A stretch of 64,000 nt of DNA from Epithemia pelagica (GCA_946965045.2 OX337239.1:1550001-1614000), one strand, 5' to 3'. Shown: positions 9,576 through 20,310, counted from the stretch's first letter. A program made the numbers and translations. Notes: generated by a model not told the origin, from the letters alone.

Positions 9576-10956
9576 GTTTCATGTGGCTTCGCGATACGCT
9601 CTGACGGAAGAAACTGACGATGATCGAGTGGTAGCCGAGTCGTGGCGATCCAGAACCAAGGACAAGAGAAACGATTTTATGTGTGCACGAAAGGGGGACC
9701 ACCTCATGACACCCTTCGAATGCGACATGTGTGTTTTCTGGAAACTACGAGGGGAAGCACCTGATAGCAAACAGGTCAAGGACATTTACTTGATGACCTG
9801 TATACGTCGCATGAACTTGGACGCATTTTGGAGTAGAGCCACGAGCACGGTTCTACAGAATGCAACAAACGCCAAGCGAATGATTGAACGCTCGAAAAAG
9901 GTGGGGATTCCCTACGGTCCTTTCTTTTCGGAGGGTCCCTTCCCAGAATTTGACCACTGCGGATATCAAACCGCTTATTTGATGCTGGACGCATCGCTTG
10001 ACAGTGGTCGATACAACAACAATCATAAACAATTCGATACAATCCGCAAAATTCGCTCCACCTTTTCGAATCATGTAAGAGCATCTCCTTCCACCTTGGT
10101 GGCAGGAAAGTCGGTGGTGCTCACCGACAACGTCGGCAAATCTTTCACTCGTCTGGGACACGACGAAAGTGGTTCCCTTTGGTTTTCGCGATTTGTAGAA
10201 GGCTGCCGTCGTCGAATGGGCCAGGACTGGAGACCCGATCAAGCCGTGAGTCCTCGGTTGGTTGCAAAACTGCTGGAACAACTCGAAGAATCGATTTTGG
10301 AAGCACCTACGAACGACGAAGCATTTCGACTAGTGATGATGGGAACCTTCTATGCAACAACATATGCGTTATCCTTACGAGGACCTGAAGGATTGTTGTT
10401 GGACCTAGACGGTATGAACAAGTTTGGAGACTCCCTGCAAGAAAGGGATTGCATAGTCGTCTGTCTGTGGGGTCAAGTCAAAGGAGAGCATTGGGAAAGA
10501 ACTCATTTACTCCCCTGTGTGAATGTCACATCAAGTGGAATAGCAATACGCCGTTGGATCACGAGGGCGCTGACTTTGGCCAAAGATATCGGGCGAGTGC
10601 GGGGCCCATTGATGCTGAACAGGAACGGCTCTGCTATAACATCAAGGGAGCTGGACGAGGTCCTTCATCTGCATTTAGCGACAATATACGGTCGTGACCC
10701 AAACCTTTTCCCATCCGACACCATTCGGGAAGAGGAGGATATTTACAAGAACTACTCGGTATTCCGTTCCTTTCGAAGAGGGTCGAACACCCAGGCAAAG
10801 GAGGGCGGAGTCTCAGTACCAGACATTGATACGGTGAATCGGTGGCGGGTGCGAGAAAAGGCAGGAACCTCAAAGCCTGGAGGTTCCATGCATCACATCT
10901 ATGCTGACTTGAGCATGTTGGTGGGTCCCTTCTTGCGATACACCAAAGCCATGTGA
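9292..10956 (+). CDS. ORF3 tyrosine recombinase with Cys-rich N-terminus
   Basis: YR motifs SLRGPE (Arg), VKGE (Lys), RSFRRG, NRWR and IY (Tyr). Overlaps the ORF2 3' end by about 280 nt; true start uncertain. Confidence 0.9.
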   Translation: MTWSLKYLRAHRFGQKRIMSHSYLVLCCLLSDLNPGNYAERRKCSLWNANCAKCGKRIRWLEGIFCANFLCNRGRCEPCRSAWCPECYSSSPEDKFHVASRYALTEETDDDRVVAESWRSRTKDKRNDFMCARKGDHLMTPFECDMCVFWKLRGEAPDSKQVKDIYLMTCIRRMNLDAFWSRATSTVLQNATNAKRMIERSKKVGIPYGPFFSEGPFPEFDHCGYQTAYLMLDASLDSGRYNNNHKQFDTIRKIRSTFSNHVRASPSTLVAGKSVVLTDNVGKSFTRLGHDESGSLWFSRFVEGCRRRMGQDWRPDQAVSPRLVAKLLEQLEESILEAPTNDEAFRLVMMGTFYATTYALSLRGPEGLLLDLDGMNKFGDSLQERDCIVVCLWGQVKGEHWERTHLLPCVNVTSSGIAIRRWITRALTLAKDIGRVRGPLMLNRNGSAITSRELDEVLHLHLATIYGRDPNLFPSDTIREEEDIYKNYSVFRSFRRGSNTQAKEGGVSVPDIDTVNRWRVREKAGTSKPGGSMHHIYADLSMLVGPFLRYTKAM

Positions 10957-10992
10957 GCCATGAAACACAAACCGGATTCTCTGTGGTGGGGG

Positions 10993-11416
10993 TTGGAACC
11001 GACAAGGAGCATGGTGCCGACATGGCAAGGCTCATGCTCCTTGATCTGTGATGTCGTATGTCGTTCATGTCTGGGTTGACCGCTCCCGCCCCTCTTTGTG
11101 ATTGTAAGGTGCTACCTGATCACGTTGAGGACTCGGCGGGAGAGCAACGGGAGATCGGGATTTGTTTGATGTTTGACTCACGGTACTGGTCTCCTCAGCA
11201 ATCGGCGGATTGCTGTTTGACTCCAAGTGGGAAAGGTTACCCTTTCCCCCCACAACACGATCTATGTTCATCATATGATCGTGAGAATCTATTTTAGATA
11301 TTTTATGTTACTGTCTGTAATCTCTCTTGGACTTGGTGATGTGCTGGGCGTCGATCAAGGATCAGCGCGAAACAAGGCTCCGGGATGGGAGTCGGACACG
11401 GTGCATCAAGTGCCCT
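10993..11416 (+). repeat. Split direct repeat B1 (424 bp)
   Basis: No differences from 11921-12344 seen by eye (ttggaaccgac...gtgccct). Confidence 0.95.
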
Positions 11417-11863
11417 CAGTGTACTCAAAGTTAATTCGGGACCAAGACAACAAGAGTCAGGCCACGTCAGGAGACATGCACATTGTTGTTCGCTGGAAGC
11501 AAGGAAAGAGTCAGGCGCGTCCGTTCAAGATCGCAGAAGCTTCAGGCGCGCAATCCGGAACTGAAAGTTTGGAAAATTTCATGTGTGTCACCGAATCGGC
11601 ATGAAACCACGGATCGATACCTTCTTCCAGAGTAATGAGCATGGGCTCGTGGACGGTCGATAAAGAACGGCCAAGAGGCCTAGTTAGATCAATCAACAAT
11701 GACAAATGCGGTGATCACGAGTGGAGCAGCATGCGCTCAACAAGTGAAGCAACACAGCAAAACACAAGAGAAAGCAAAGCTCACTCTTTGGATTTCTACG
11801 GTTCGACGGCGAAGGACTGATCCCCTTTGGCGCCGTTCAAGACTACTGAAGAGTACGAGGATT
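11415..11863 (+). repeat. Split direct repeat A2
   Basis: Copy of 2729-3177; abuts B1 with a 2-nt overlap. Confidence 0.95.
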
Positions 11864-11920
11864 CACCCCCGGGTGAACTCTCACTGTTTTTGTTTTTTCC
11901 CACCCTTCCCACCCTGGGTC

Positions 11921-12344
11921 TTGGAACCGACAAGGAGCATGGTGCCGACATGGCAAGGCTCATGCTCCTTGATCTGTGATGTCGTATGTCGTTCATGTCT
12001 GGGTTGACCGCTCCCGCCCCTCTTTGTGATTGTAAGGTGCTACCTGATCACGTTGAGGACTCGGCGGGAGAGCAACGGGAGATCGGGATTTGTTTGATGT
12101 TTGACTCACGGTACTGGTCTCCTCAGCAATCGGCGGATTGCTGTTTGACTCCAAGTGGGAAAGGTTACCCTTTCCCCCCACAACACGATCTATGTTCATC
12201 ATATGATCGTGAGAATCTATTTTAGATATTTTATGTTACTGTCTGTAATCTCTCTTGGACTTGGTGATGTGCTGGGCGTCGATCAAGGATCAGCGCGAAA
12301 CAAGGCTCCGGGATGGGAGTCGGACACGGTGCATCAAGTGCCCT
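11921..12344 (+). repeat. Split direct repeat B2
   Basis: Copy of 10993-11416; marks the element's 3' end. Confidence 0.95.
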
Positions 12345-12750
12345 AAAACTTTCTCTGTTCTTGACGTAGAATTCGACTGAGTTCAGAATGAACGTGTCAG
12401 GTAAGCCGGCAGGCTAAGGGGGTCTGGGGGTGGAAAAACATCAAAGACTAGAAAAAACTTTTTTAGCTCAAGAGTCGAAATTCAGTACTTTACACCAAAA
12501 CCTTCCCATGTTAGGCAAAAAACGCCGGGCCAACCCCTATTCAAAACCATTCAGCCCCGAAGAAAAACAATGATCGAAGAACGGTCATCCATTGTTTTAT
12601 CAATCCATTAAATAAAAACCATTTCACCACGCTGTTCCACGTCAGAATCACGCCCAACGAACCAACCCACGAAACATCTCCCCACGTCCTCTAGTGAGAG
12701 TAGCAACTATGTCACTAACACCTAGCCAAGCATAGTTGTGCTATCTCTCA

Positions 12751-13328
12751 GTAGCTAGGATTGAGTACAATAGGGACCACGCATCTATTAGGTTCTTACT
12801 TGATTGCATCAAGTATAATCCATGTCGACTCCAGTTTGGTTGCCATCATAGCTACCCCTAGTATCTCTGGAGTCCAAGTCGACTCCATTGGAGTATCCAT
12901 CGCAAATTGGATCTGAGTCTTGGATTCAGTCATGAATGACATAGTCGTCTGCCCATCATCCGAATCACATTCGGGTGGTTGTATGAGTAGTGAGTAGCTA
13001 TGCTATCTAGTAGACCGCTAGCTACACTCAGAAGAGGTAAGAGTAGATCCGGACCTAAATGCTGGTGATTCTGTCTCCAATTGGTTTTGGTAGGAAAGCA
13101 GCAATCTCTTGGTAGCTAGGATTGAGTACAATAGGTCCCACGCATCTATTAGGTTCCTAGGAGTACTTGATTGCATCAAGTATAATCCATGTCGACTCCA
13201 GTTTGGTTGCCATCATAGCTACCCCTAGTATCTCTGGAGTCCAAGTCGACTCCATTGGAGTATCCATCGCAAATTGGATCTGAGTCTTGGATTCAGTCAT
13301 GAATGACATATTCGTCTGCCCATCATCC
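12751..13328. repeat. Local direct duplication of about 210 bp (12751-12961 and 13112-13328)
   Basis: Near-identical copies (gtagctaggattgagtacaatagg...gcccatcatcc) differing by a few substitutions and a small indel. Confidence 0.9.
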
Positions 13329-13364
13329 AAAGCAAATGAATCGACTTTGGGGGCCGGCAATTTT

Positions 13365-13703
13365 CAATCATTAAATTTCATAGTAACGTTCATGTTCAGC
13401 ATCGGGGGTGTAAAGAAGGGTTGGATGAACTAGAATCCAGAAAGGCTATGCTTCGAAGCGCAGCCTTAACCCTAATTACAATACCCATCATGTGGTATCT
13501 CTTGTTTCTCCTCTTTGATTCTCTCCCGTCTTATGTGAGATGTGAGCCATTGCGATAGAAAGGCTTGAACGTGAGGAGTGAGGAATGTGGGGGTAACCCT
13601 ATAGTTGGTCAAGAGCCTACAGATAAAAATTGAGGGAGCGATGTACGCTGAAGTTAAATGGGGGGTCCAGGGCTATGGGGGGTCAGGAATTTGCAAATTA
13701 CGG
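13365..13703 (-). mobile_element. Diverged, truncated copy of the Tc1/mariner-type MITE at 45045-51407, without the piggyBac insert
   Basis: About 13365-13630 aligns to the reverse complement of about 51050-51300, and 13641-13703 to the reverse complement of 45045-45110, including a decayed TIR (ggggggtcaggaatttgcaaattacgg). Confidence 0.75.
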
Positions 13704-14800
13704 GTTGGCAGCCCATAAATGAAGTCAACTCAGCTTTTAACTTTGAAGTCAGTTCTTGGTTCTGCGGTAAGCAGTAAGCAGTCACGCATCTTCAGCGCTG
13801 GAGATCCAGCGCTAGAGAATCCCCAGCAAAGATTTTCTGTTGCGTGTATACGTTAGTCACCGTACTCTTTTCTCTGCACTGGTCACTTTTATCCTTTCTC
13901 ATTTGTTTGTTTCATACTGGTCACGGTCACTCTGTGTCATTCATTTGCTCCACACAGCCTTCCAAAGTGTCTGATTGCAATAACAATGATGACTCTTCAA
14001 CTGTGGAAGAGTGCAATATGGATAGCAGTCCGAAGCACACCCCCAAAATGAAGGTTCTGTAAGAGGACACCTATCAGTGTATTCTTGAAAGGAGAAAATA
14101 TTGACATGGCAACAAAACAAAAAGATTCTGCTGGAGACCAAGCAACTATTCCACCACTGGAAAGGAAAGCTCTCACCAAGATAAGTGCTCTAGTTACTAG
14201 GAGTACTCCCCTAGCTAGGCATTTTTATCATGGTAGCACAGGTAGTCTTATCTCCAGCGGATGCGCATACCTAGTTCCAGCAGAGACCTCTCCAGCGCAC
14301 TCTAGCAGAGATGACCTGTTGCGGGACCGACCTCTACTAGAGATCTTGGAACACACAAACTCAACAAATTCTTGAAAAAGGAACAATGGAGTTCCAATTC
14401 AATTGCCACAAAAGTTCTGCAAATTGACTTTTTACTTTTTCAGAAAGAAAAGTCGACTTAAAGTCAGAAGGCAGAAACTAAGATATTATTGACTTCCACG
14501 ATTCGAGATACGAGTAATGGTAGAAGTCGCAGCTCACGCTGACGTTGGAAGGTCATAGTTCAGAACTTGACTTCATGAAAAACGTTAAGTCAAAGTTGAA
14601 AATGTGGTGCTGTCCAACTTGATTTCACTGAGAAAAGAGAAAAGTCATGGGATCTCGGCTGGAAATTGACTTGACTTTCATGAAAAAAGTTAAAAGTTGT
14701 TAATTTAAGCTTAAAAGTGTAAAACAGTCAAGTAGAACTTCAACACTCAACACTCTGGTTGCGTTTTGCATGGTCACTGAACTCAGCCGTTCCATCCCGA

Positions 14801-15016
14801 TGCCATACCCATGTAAAATAGCACGGTATAAAAATTGTGATCTTTAGGAATTACGAGGAATTAGGAGGAATGAGGAATCCACAGTGCCACGTGCGACGAG
14901 AAATGACTGGAGGAGGAACAGCCAGGTGGCGGAAGACTCATGTCGCAGTGTCAAGAACGCGAACCGGGAATGGAACGTGGTGACACGTATGGCGGGATCC
15001 ATATAGGGGTACCGCA
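14801..15016 (-). repeat. Gypsy 3' LTR
   Basis: Identical to 20095-20310. Confidence 0.97.
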
Positions 15017-15096
15017 CTCTACCTCTCCCTGGTCGGACCTAGGGAGTTCGAGCGGGACAAGAATGGGAAAGCTTGGAGGCCAGCATTAAAACCCAT

Positions 15097-18000
15097 TTAT
15101 TCACGAAATGGAACAAGACGACGAATGTTGATTCGTTCAGTGACGTGGGGACCACGTTGGATAGTCACAGTGCCATTGGAATGGACTTGTGTAATCCGAA
15201 AGGGATTAGGGCTTGTGCGGAGCTCAAGCTTGTCCGGATTCGTGGCGCGGAGCAACACACGATCGTTGACAGCGTAATCATGAAAGACACGAGAACGATT
15301 TGCGAGACGAGCGCGTTCATCGACAATCTGTTGTCGTTTCAGACGGACTGTTTCCATGTCCGCGATAATAGGGATGTCGAACAGCATGTCGCGATGGAAC
15401 GCAAGACTGCCGGGAGAATATTTCAAGGCGCCATGAATGGCAGTGCGAGTGGAATACGCAGCGGTCTGCAGAGCAGTATCCACAGCAAGTGCAGCATTTT
15501 GTGCATCTTGTGGTGGTTCATAGTTGGTGATCACACGAAGAGTGTTGCCAACAGTCAAATGTAAGCGCTCGCAAAGAGCATTTGATTGAGGATTCTTGGC
15601 CGTCAACGGCACTGGCTTAATGCCATGGTTTCGAAGAACTTGCGTGAACGCATGTCCGATAAATTCACCGCCTTGATCAAAAAGGCAACGAACGGGACGT
15701 GGATAGCGTGAGAGCCACGCGTTTTCCAATTGAAGACCCACGTGACGTGCCGTCTTGTCATGGATGCGAATGAGTTCGCAGAAGTTAGTGACATTATCGA
15801 TAATAGTCAAGGCTTGAAAGGTTAATTTCTGCCCATGAACGGTGACGTTCCACGGTCCAATGAGGTCGACAGAGATGTCAGCCCATGGATTGCCTCGGAC
15901 CTCGCGAGGAGGGAGTTCACCGTAATGGCGATGTATGACTTTAGAGCGTTGGCATGTAGCACAACTAGCCACGGCTTGTTCACAATACAAACCCAAATTA
16001 GGATGACTCATGTGCATAGAGATCGTCTCACGAAGACGTGTAGACCCCAAGTGATTGAGGGACAGGTGAAACCAATTGACGGTATGTGCCAAGAGGCTGT
16101 CTGGGATACGAATACGCCATACGGCATTAGGATTCTGACGATAACAAATCAAGTTGTATTGTGGGTTTTCCGTAGGGAAGGGTTGGAGAAATCTCTGTGG
16201 TTGTTCGGTCAACTTGGCCACAAGAGCGGCATCGTTTTGTTGGTGTTGATGGATCGTCGCGTAATCGACGGGCAATGGTTGATTTGCGTTAATGGGAGGA
16301 TGATTGAGGTAGACATCGATCAAATCCTCATCCATGAAGATGGGAGATTCGAAAGCGTCAGGATCACGCGAGTGATGAGAGCGGGGGTCATCATTAGGGC
16401 CATGAGGCACTTGTAACACTGAGTGTTGTCCGCTATGATTATAGAGCGATCGTGGATGCGGCGAGGCATCCGTAGAGGAGGTCGACGACGGAGAGACACT
16501 CTTCTCCTCCTCTTCAGAGAGAGGGAGACGCGACAATGCGTCGGCGATGACATTGTCCTGGCCAGGGACATAGTGAAAAATAGGGTTATACTCCTCGAGG
16601 AACAACCGCCAACGGAGGACCCGTTGCGAGTTGAGCGTTGCGTAGGTGAGATTTTTATGGTCCGTATGGACATGCAGTTCGGCACAGCCGAGAAGCATGG
16701 AGCGGAACTCTTTTAAGGTTTCGACAATGGAGAGTAACTCCTTTTCCATAGTAGTGTAGTTGCGTTGAGCAGGGTTTAACTTGCGAGAGTAATAAGCGAC
16801 GGGGACGTCTTGTTGCATGATTACAGCACCAAGCTGGTAATCAGAGGCGTCTACATAGACATGGAAGGGAAGGTTATGGTCGGGATACCGAAGGAAGGCA
16901 TCATGTGCGAGCATGGATTTGGCTTGTTCGAAAGCACGTTGACATTGCGGGGACCAAACGAGGGTCTTGTTACCCGTAATGGATGTGAGGGGAGCAAGAA
17001 TGTGAGATCGTTGCGGATACATGTGGCGATAGAAATTGATCATGCCAATGAAGGAACGGAGTTCTTTCATGGTTTTTGGCGGAGCCAATGCCAAGATGGC
17101 AGAAATCTTCTTTTTCCAGGGTTTGATCCCAGTGGGCGTGAGCCAATGGCCGAGCCATTCCGTTTCTTTAACGGCCCATTCACATTTGGAAGGGTTAATG
17201 GAGAAGTTTTTGTCTTGAAGACGTTGGAGAACATTGGACAGGATGTCCACATGTTCTTCCCAAGAATTGGAGAAGATGCCAATGTCGTCAATATAGACTT
17301 CGACATGGTCGCTGAAGTCTTTGAGGACGTCTTCCATGATCTCCTGACAGAAGTCAGGAGACTGTTTAACACCCATCGGCAAGCGACGGTAACGGAATTT
17401 ACCAAAAGGCGTAGTAATGACGCAAAGATTGCTGGATTCCTCATCGAGGCGGAATGTGTAGAAACACATGGAGATGTCTAACTTTGTAAAATACGTGTAG
17501 CTTTTCCGTTTACGGAGCATGTCCTCGATACGAGGAAAGGGGTAGACCCGACGGTAGAGTTGGGCGTTCAAAGAACGAAAGTCCGAAATCATTCGGATAC
17601 GACCATCCTTTTTGGGAATGGCAAAGTGAGGAGCAGCCCATTCGGTAGAACCGACGCGCTCAAGGATACCGATGTCGACGAAGCGCCACAGCTCCTTCGT
17701 GAAAGTATCATGTATATTGCGGGGCACTGAAAAGTGACGATGATGGACAGGCTGGGCATCAGGCTTGAGATGAAGATGGAGCGTTCGGTCTGGATATTCA
17801 CGGAGCTCGCCATCGAAGATTTTGCCACAGTCTTGCCAAATAGCAAGAAGATCTTGCTTTTGGGCATCGGTAAGATGGTTTTGTTGATTAATCAACTCTT
17901 GTAGATCCGTAGGAACGTAATTAGAATCCAAGAGGAATTGATCACCAATAATGGGATCGTCGGCAAAGATGTCGATGAAATGAGACATGAATGTCTGGTC

Positions 18001-19842
18001 AGTGGCGAATGAATCGCGATGGCGCATAGCGACATCAACGGAGTCCCAAGTTGTGAGACCAGTGTGAAAATTGAGCACAATGCCCAAACGACGCAAAAGA
18101 TCGCGACCAATAATGATGTCATAACGACAAGTGGGGGCATCAAAGATATCGGCCCAAAGGGGGTATGAAATGTGTTTGGTCCGAGAAAACTCGGGGAGAA
18201 CTAAATCTTCGAGAAGAATCTCGGAGACGTGGTCGCGCGTACCCATGGTGGTATTGACAGACCGATTGGTTACACGTGGATGCATGCCGGGCTGAAGACA
18301 GCGCGCGTGCAGGATCGTCTTGTCGGCGCCTGAATCGAGCAGGGCACGCAACGGGACGGTGTTCTCGACTCCACCAATGGACCGAGCCATCAAAATGGTG
18401 AGGGGAACAGACGGAGGCTCAGAGGGAGCGACCGAAAGGGGACTAGATAAACTAGGAGCGTCAGAGACAGAACTAGATGAGTAGACATCTTCATAGTGAT
18501 CTAGGTTAGATAGAAAACCATTATTGGGATCAACGATGTCAGCGATGACAGCATCCGTAGGATTAAGACAAGGGGGAACGACAGTATTCGTCGTTGCCTC
18601 CAGGGGAGGACAAATCGTAGATGTGGGCGATGTCCATGTTACGCCCGTAGATCTTGTACAATTGTTCGCGGACCTCGAGAATTGGGGCCTGAGGATGGCA
18701 TTCTCGGCCGGCATAGCCTGTGGAGGGCCAGTCTGGATGTGACATTGCTGAGCAAAAAGAACATCAAGATGATGAGAAATATCCGGAGAGGATGAGGTAA
18801 AAAAGGAAGAAGAGCACATACCGGGGACCGTGCGATCGGCATTACGGAGACTCGACCAATCACGCGTATCAGCGAGAGGACGTTGACGAGCACGATAAGC
18901 CGCGTCTTGCACAGAAGGCAACGGCTCGGCCAACGACGGGTCAACCGGTGGATTGTCGCCTGTGTTGGTGCCTTCAGAGGCATGCTGGTCTGAGCCAGAT
19001 CCAGAACGACGGGGAACAGCGCCCCAATTGGAACCAATAGGGCGCGATCCTCCAGACGAGGGAGTTCCCTGGCTACGAGAGCCTTGGCCGTTACGGCCTT
19101 GGTTCTGAGAACCATTGTTGGGATGAGACCCAGTAGGGGTACGAAGACCAGACCCGGTACGGGCAAGAAAGGCGTTGAAACGCTCTTGGTTAAAATTGGA
19201 GGACTGCGGGTTGTAGATGCAGTTGGCCCAAGTATGATTGGCGTGCGAAGGAATCGCGTCCTTGTACGGACAGGCATCACCGTCATTGACGGGACGATCA
19301 CCGGACGCTTGGCGTCCACCATTGGACTGGCGATTGCCGCCGCGGAGACCGCCACGGCCACCATTAGAGGAGCGAAAACGCTTCGTCGATCCACGAGAAG
19401 TGGAATCATCGCGAGGATTGCGGGACTTGGCCTGAGACTGTGCATTGGCAGCCATCTTTTCTTGGGAGACCTTTTGATAGCCACGCATCGCATGAAGAAG
19501 GTCGGTGATGTTGAAATGATTCACCAAATCTGCAACCAAGGGATTGGCCGTCTTGAACTCGTTGCGCCAAGCAACAGGGGAGCCGAGATAGAAGGCTTGC
19601 TTCAACTCATCGTCAGTGAGGGCTTGGACAGCGTTGTCGTTAGACAAGTAACGGAGACCGTTGGAAATCTTCTGGAGGGTGTGATAATGGATATCCACGT
19701 TCATATCAGGTGGCTTGCGAGGACCGCTAAGAAGGTGTGCCCGAAAGGCATTGACTTCGGAAACCGTCAACTTGGGTTCGAAGATCATAGCAATCAACCA
19801 CGCCATCGCGGAATGGCAAGAGACGGGCGTAGTACTTGTCAT
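15097..19842 (-). CDS. Gypsy gag-pol polyprotein (1581 aa)
   Basis: Protease LLDSGA; RT KLDIS, YIDD; RNase H VDASD; integrase HLSLNH/CATC, DLIG, DQGGE, NALCE; C-terminal GPY/F-like motif PNPF. Confidence 0.95.
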   Translation of the reverse strand: MTSTTPVSCHSAMAWLIAMIFEPKLTVSEVNAFRAHLLSGPRKPPDMNVDIHYHTLQKISNGLRYLSNDNAVQALTDDELKQAFYLGSPVAWRNEFKTANPLVADLVNHFNITDLLHAMRGYQKVSQEKMAANAQSQAKSRNPRDDSTSRGSTKRFRSSNGGRGGLRGGNRQSNGGRQASGDRPVNDGDACPYKDAIPSHANHTWANCIYNPQSSNFNQERFNAFLARTGSGLRTPTGSHPNNGSQNQGRNGQGSRSQGTPSSGGSRPIGSNWGAVPRRSGSGSDQHASEGTNTGDNPPVDPSLAEPLPSVQDAAYRARQRPLADTRDWSSLRNADRTVPGMCSSSFFTSSSPDISHHLDVLFAQQCHIQTGPPQAMPAENAILRPQFSRSANNCTRSTGVTWTSPTSTICPPLEATTNTVVPPCLNPTDAVIADIVDPNNGFLSNLDHYEDVYSSSSVSDAPSLSSPLSVAPSEPPSVPLTILMARSIGGVENTVPLRALLDSGADKTILHARCLQPGMHPRVTNRSVNTTMGTRDHVSEILLEDLVLPEFSRTKHISYPLWADIFDAPTCRYDIIIGRDLLRRLGIVLNFHTGLTTWDSVDVAMRHRDSFATDQTFMSHFIDIFADDPIIGDQFLLDSNYVPTDLQELINQQNHLTDAQKQDLLAIWQDCGKIFDGELREYPDRTLHLHLKPDAQPVHHRHFSVPRNIHDTFTKELWRFVDIGILERVGSTEWAAPHFAIPKKDGRIRMISDFRSLNAQLYRRVYPFPRIEDMLRKRKSYTYFTKLDISMCFYTFRLDEESSNLCVITTPFGKFRYRRLPMGVKQSPDFCQEIMEDVLKDFSDHVEVYIDDIGIFSNSWEEHVDILSNVLQRLQDKNFSINPSKCEWAVKETEWLGHWLTPTGIKPWKKKISAILALAPPKTMKELRSFIGMINFYRHMYPQRSHILAPLTSITGNKTLVWSPQCQRAFEQAKSMLAHDAFLRYPDHNLPFHVYVDASDYQLGAVIMQQDVPVAYYSRKLNPAQRNYTTMEKELLSIVETLKEFRSMLLGCAELHVHTDHKNLTYATLNSQRVLRWRLFLEEYNPIFHYVPGQDNVIADALSRLPLSEEEEKSVSPSSTSSTDASPHPRSLYNHSGQHSVLQVPHGPNDDPRSHHSRDPDAFESPIFMDEDLIDVYLNHPPINANQPLPVDYATIHQHQQNDAALVAKLTEQPQRFLQPFPTENPQYNLICYRQNPNAVWRIRIPDSLLAHTVNWFHLSLNHLGSTRLRETISMHMSHPNLGLYCEQAVASCATCQRSKVIHRHYGELPPREVRGNPWADISVDLIGPWNVTVHGQKLTFQALTIIDNVTNFCELIRIHDKTARHVGLQLENAWLSRYPRPVRCLFDQGGEFIGHAFTQVLRNHGIKPVPLTAKNPQSNALCERLHLTVGNTLRVITNYEPPQDAQNAALAVDTALQTAAYSTRTAIHGALKYSPGSLAFHRDMLFDIPIIADMETVRLKRQQIVDERARLANRSRVFHDYAVNDRVLLRATNPDKLELRTSPNPFRITQVHSNGTVTIQRGPHVTERINIRRLVPFRE

Positions 19843-20094
19843 CGTCGTCGTCTTTCATCTTGAGGGTGGAAAGAGCAGAGGAAGAATCTGAAGCCGAGGC
19901 TTGATCGAAGCGCTTTTGGAAGCGTTGAACATCCGCAAGGGAGACGAGGGAAGATCCTGTGCTCATGATGAGACTGCAAAAGAAAGAAAAGGAAAGGAAT
20001 CAAAGGATGATAAGATCAACGAGGATCGGCCAAAGAACGGCAGGTGGTTATGGTGAAAGAGTGTTGGGGGAAGTTTTCGAGCTTCTGATCAGAG

Positions 20095-20310
20095 TGCCAT
20101 ACCCATGTAAAATAGCACGGTATAAAAATTGTGATCTTTAGGAATTACGAGGAATTAGGAGGAATGAGGAATCCACAGTGCCACGTGCGACGAGAAATGA
20201 CTGGAGGAGGAACAGCCAGGTGGCGGAAGACTCATGTCGCAGTGTCAAGAACGCGAACCGGGAATGGAACGTGGTGACACGTATGGCGGGATCCATATAG
20301 GGGTACCGCA
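20095..20310 (-). repeat. Gypsy 5' LTR
   Basis: Identical to 14801-15016. Confidence 0.97.

Larger units (their letters stand above)
2729..12344 (+). mobile_element. Tyrosine-recombinase retrotransposon (DIRS order, PAT/Ngaro-type split direct repeats A1-ORFs-B1-A2-spacer-B2)
   Basis: Three long ORFs (gag-like; RT/RNase H/MT; YR). A repeats at offset 8686 and B repeats at offset 928. No TSD; only a 2-nt CT overlap shared by both ends and the B1/A2 junction. Confidence 0.95.
14801..20310 (-). mobile_element. Ty3/gypsy LTR retrotransposon, recent insertion
   Basis: Identical 216-bp LTRs (TG...CA on the minus strand). 5-bp TSD CCCGA at 14796-14800 and 20311-20315. Polypurine tract at 15017-15030. 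Domain order PR-RT-RH-INT. Confidence 0.97.

Noticed and set aside
11845-11890. CTGAAGA suggested a hammerhead ribozyme core at the end of A2
   Set aside because: No GAAA after the candidate stem II and no stem I/III pairing.
19084-19863. 259-aa plus-strand ORF and other antisense ORFs over the gypsy (15073-15564, 15835-16416, 16810-17481)
   Set aside because: Shadow frames of gag-pol with no recognisable motifs.
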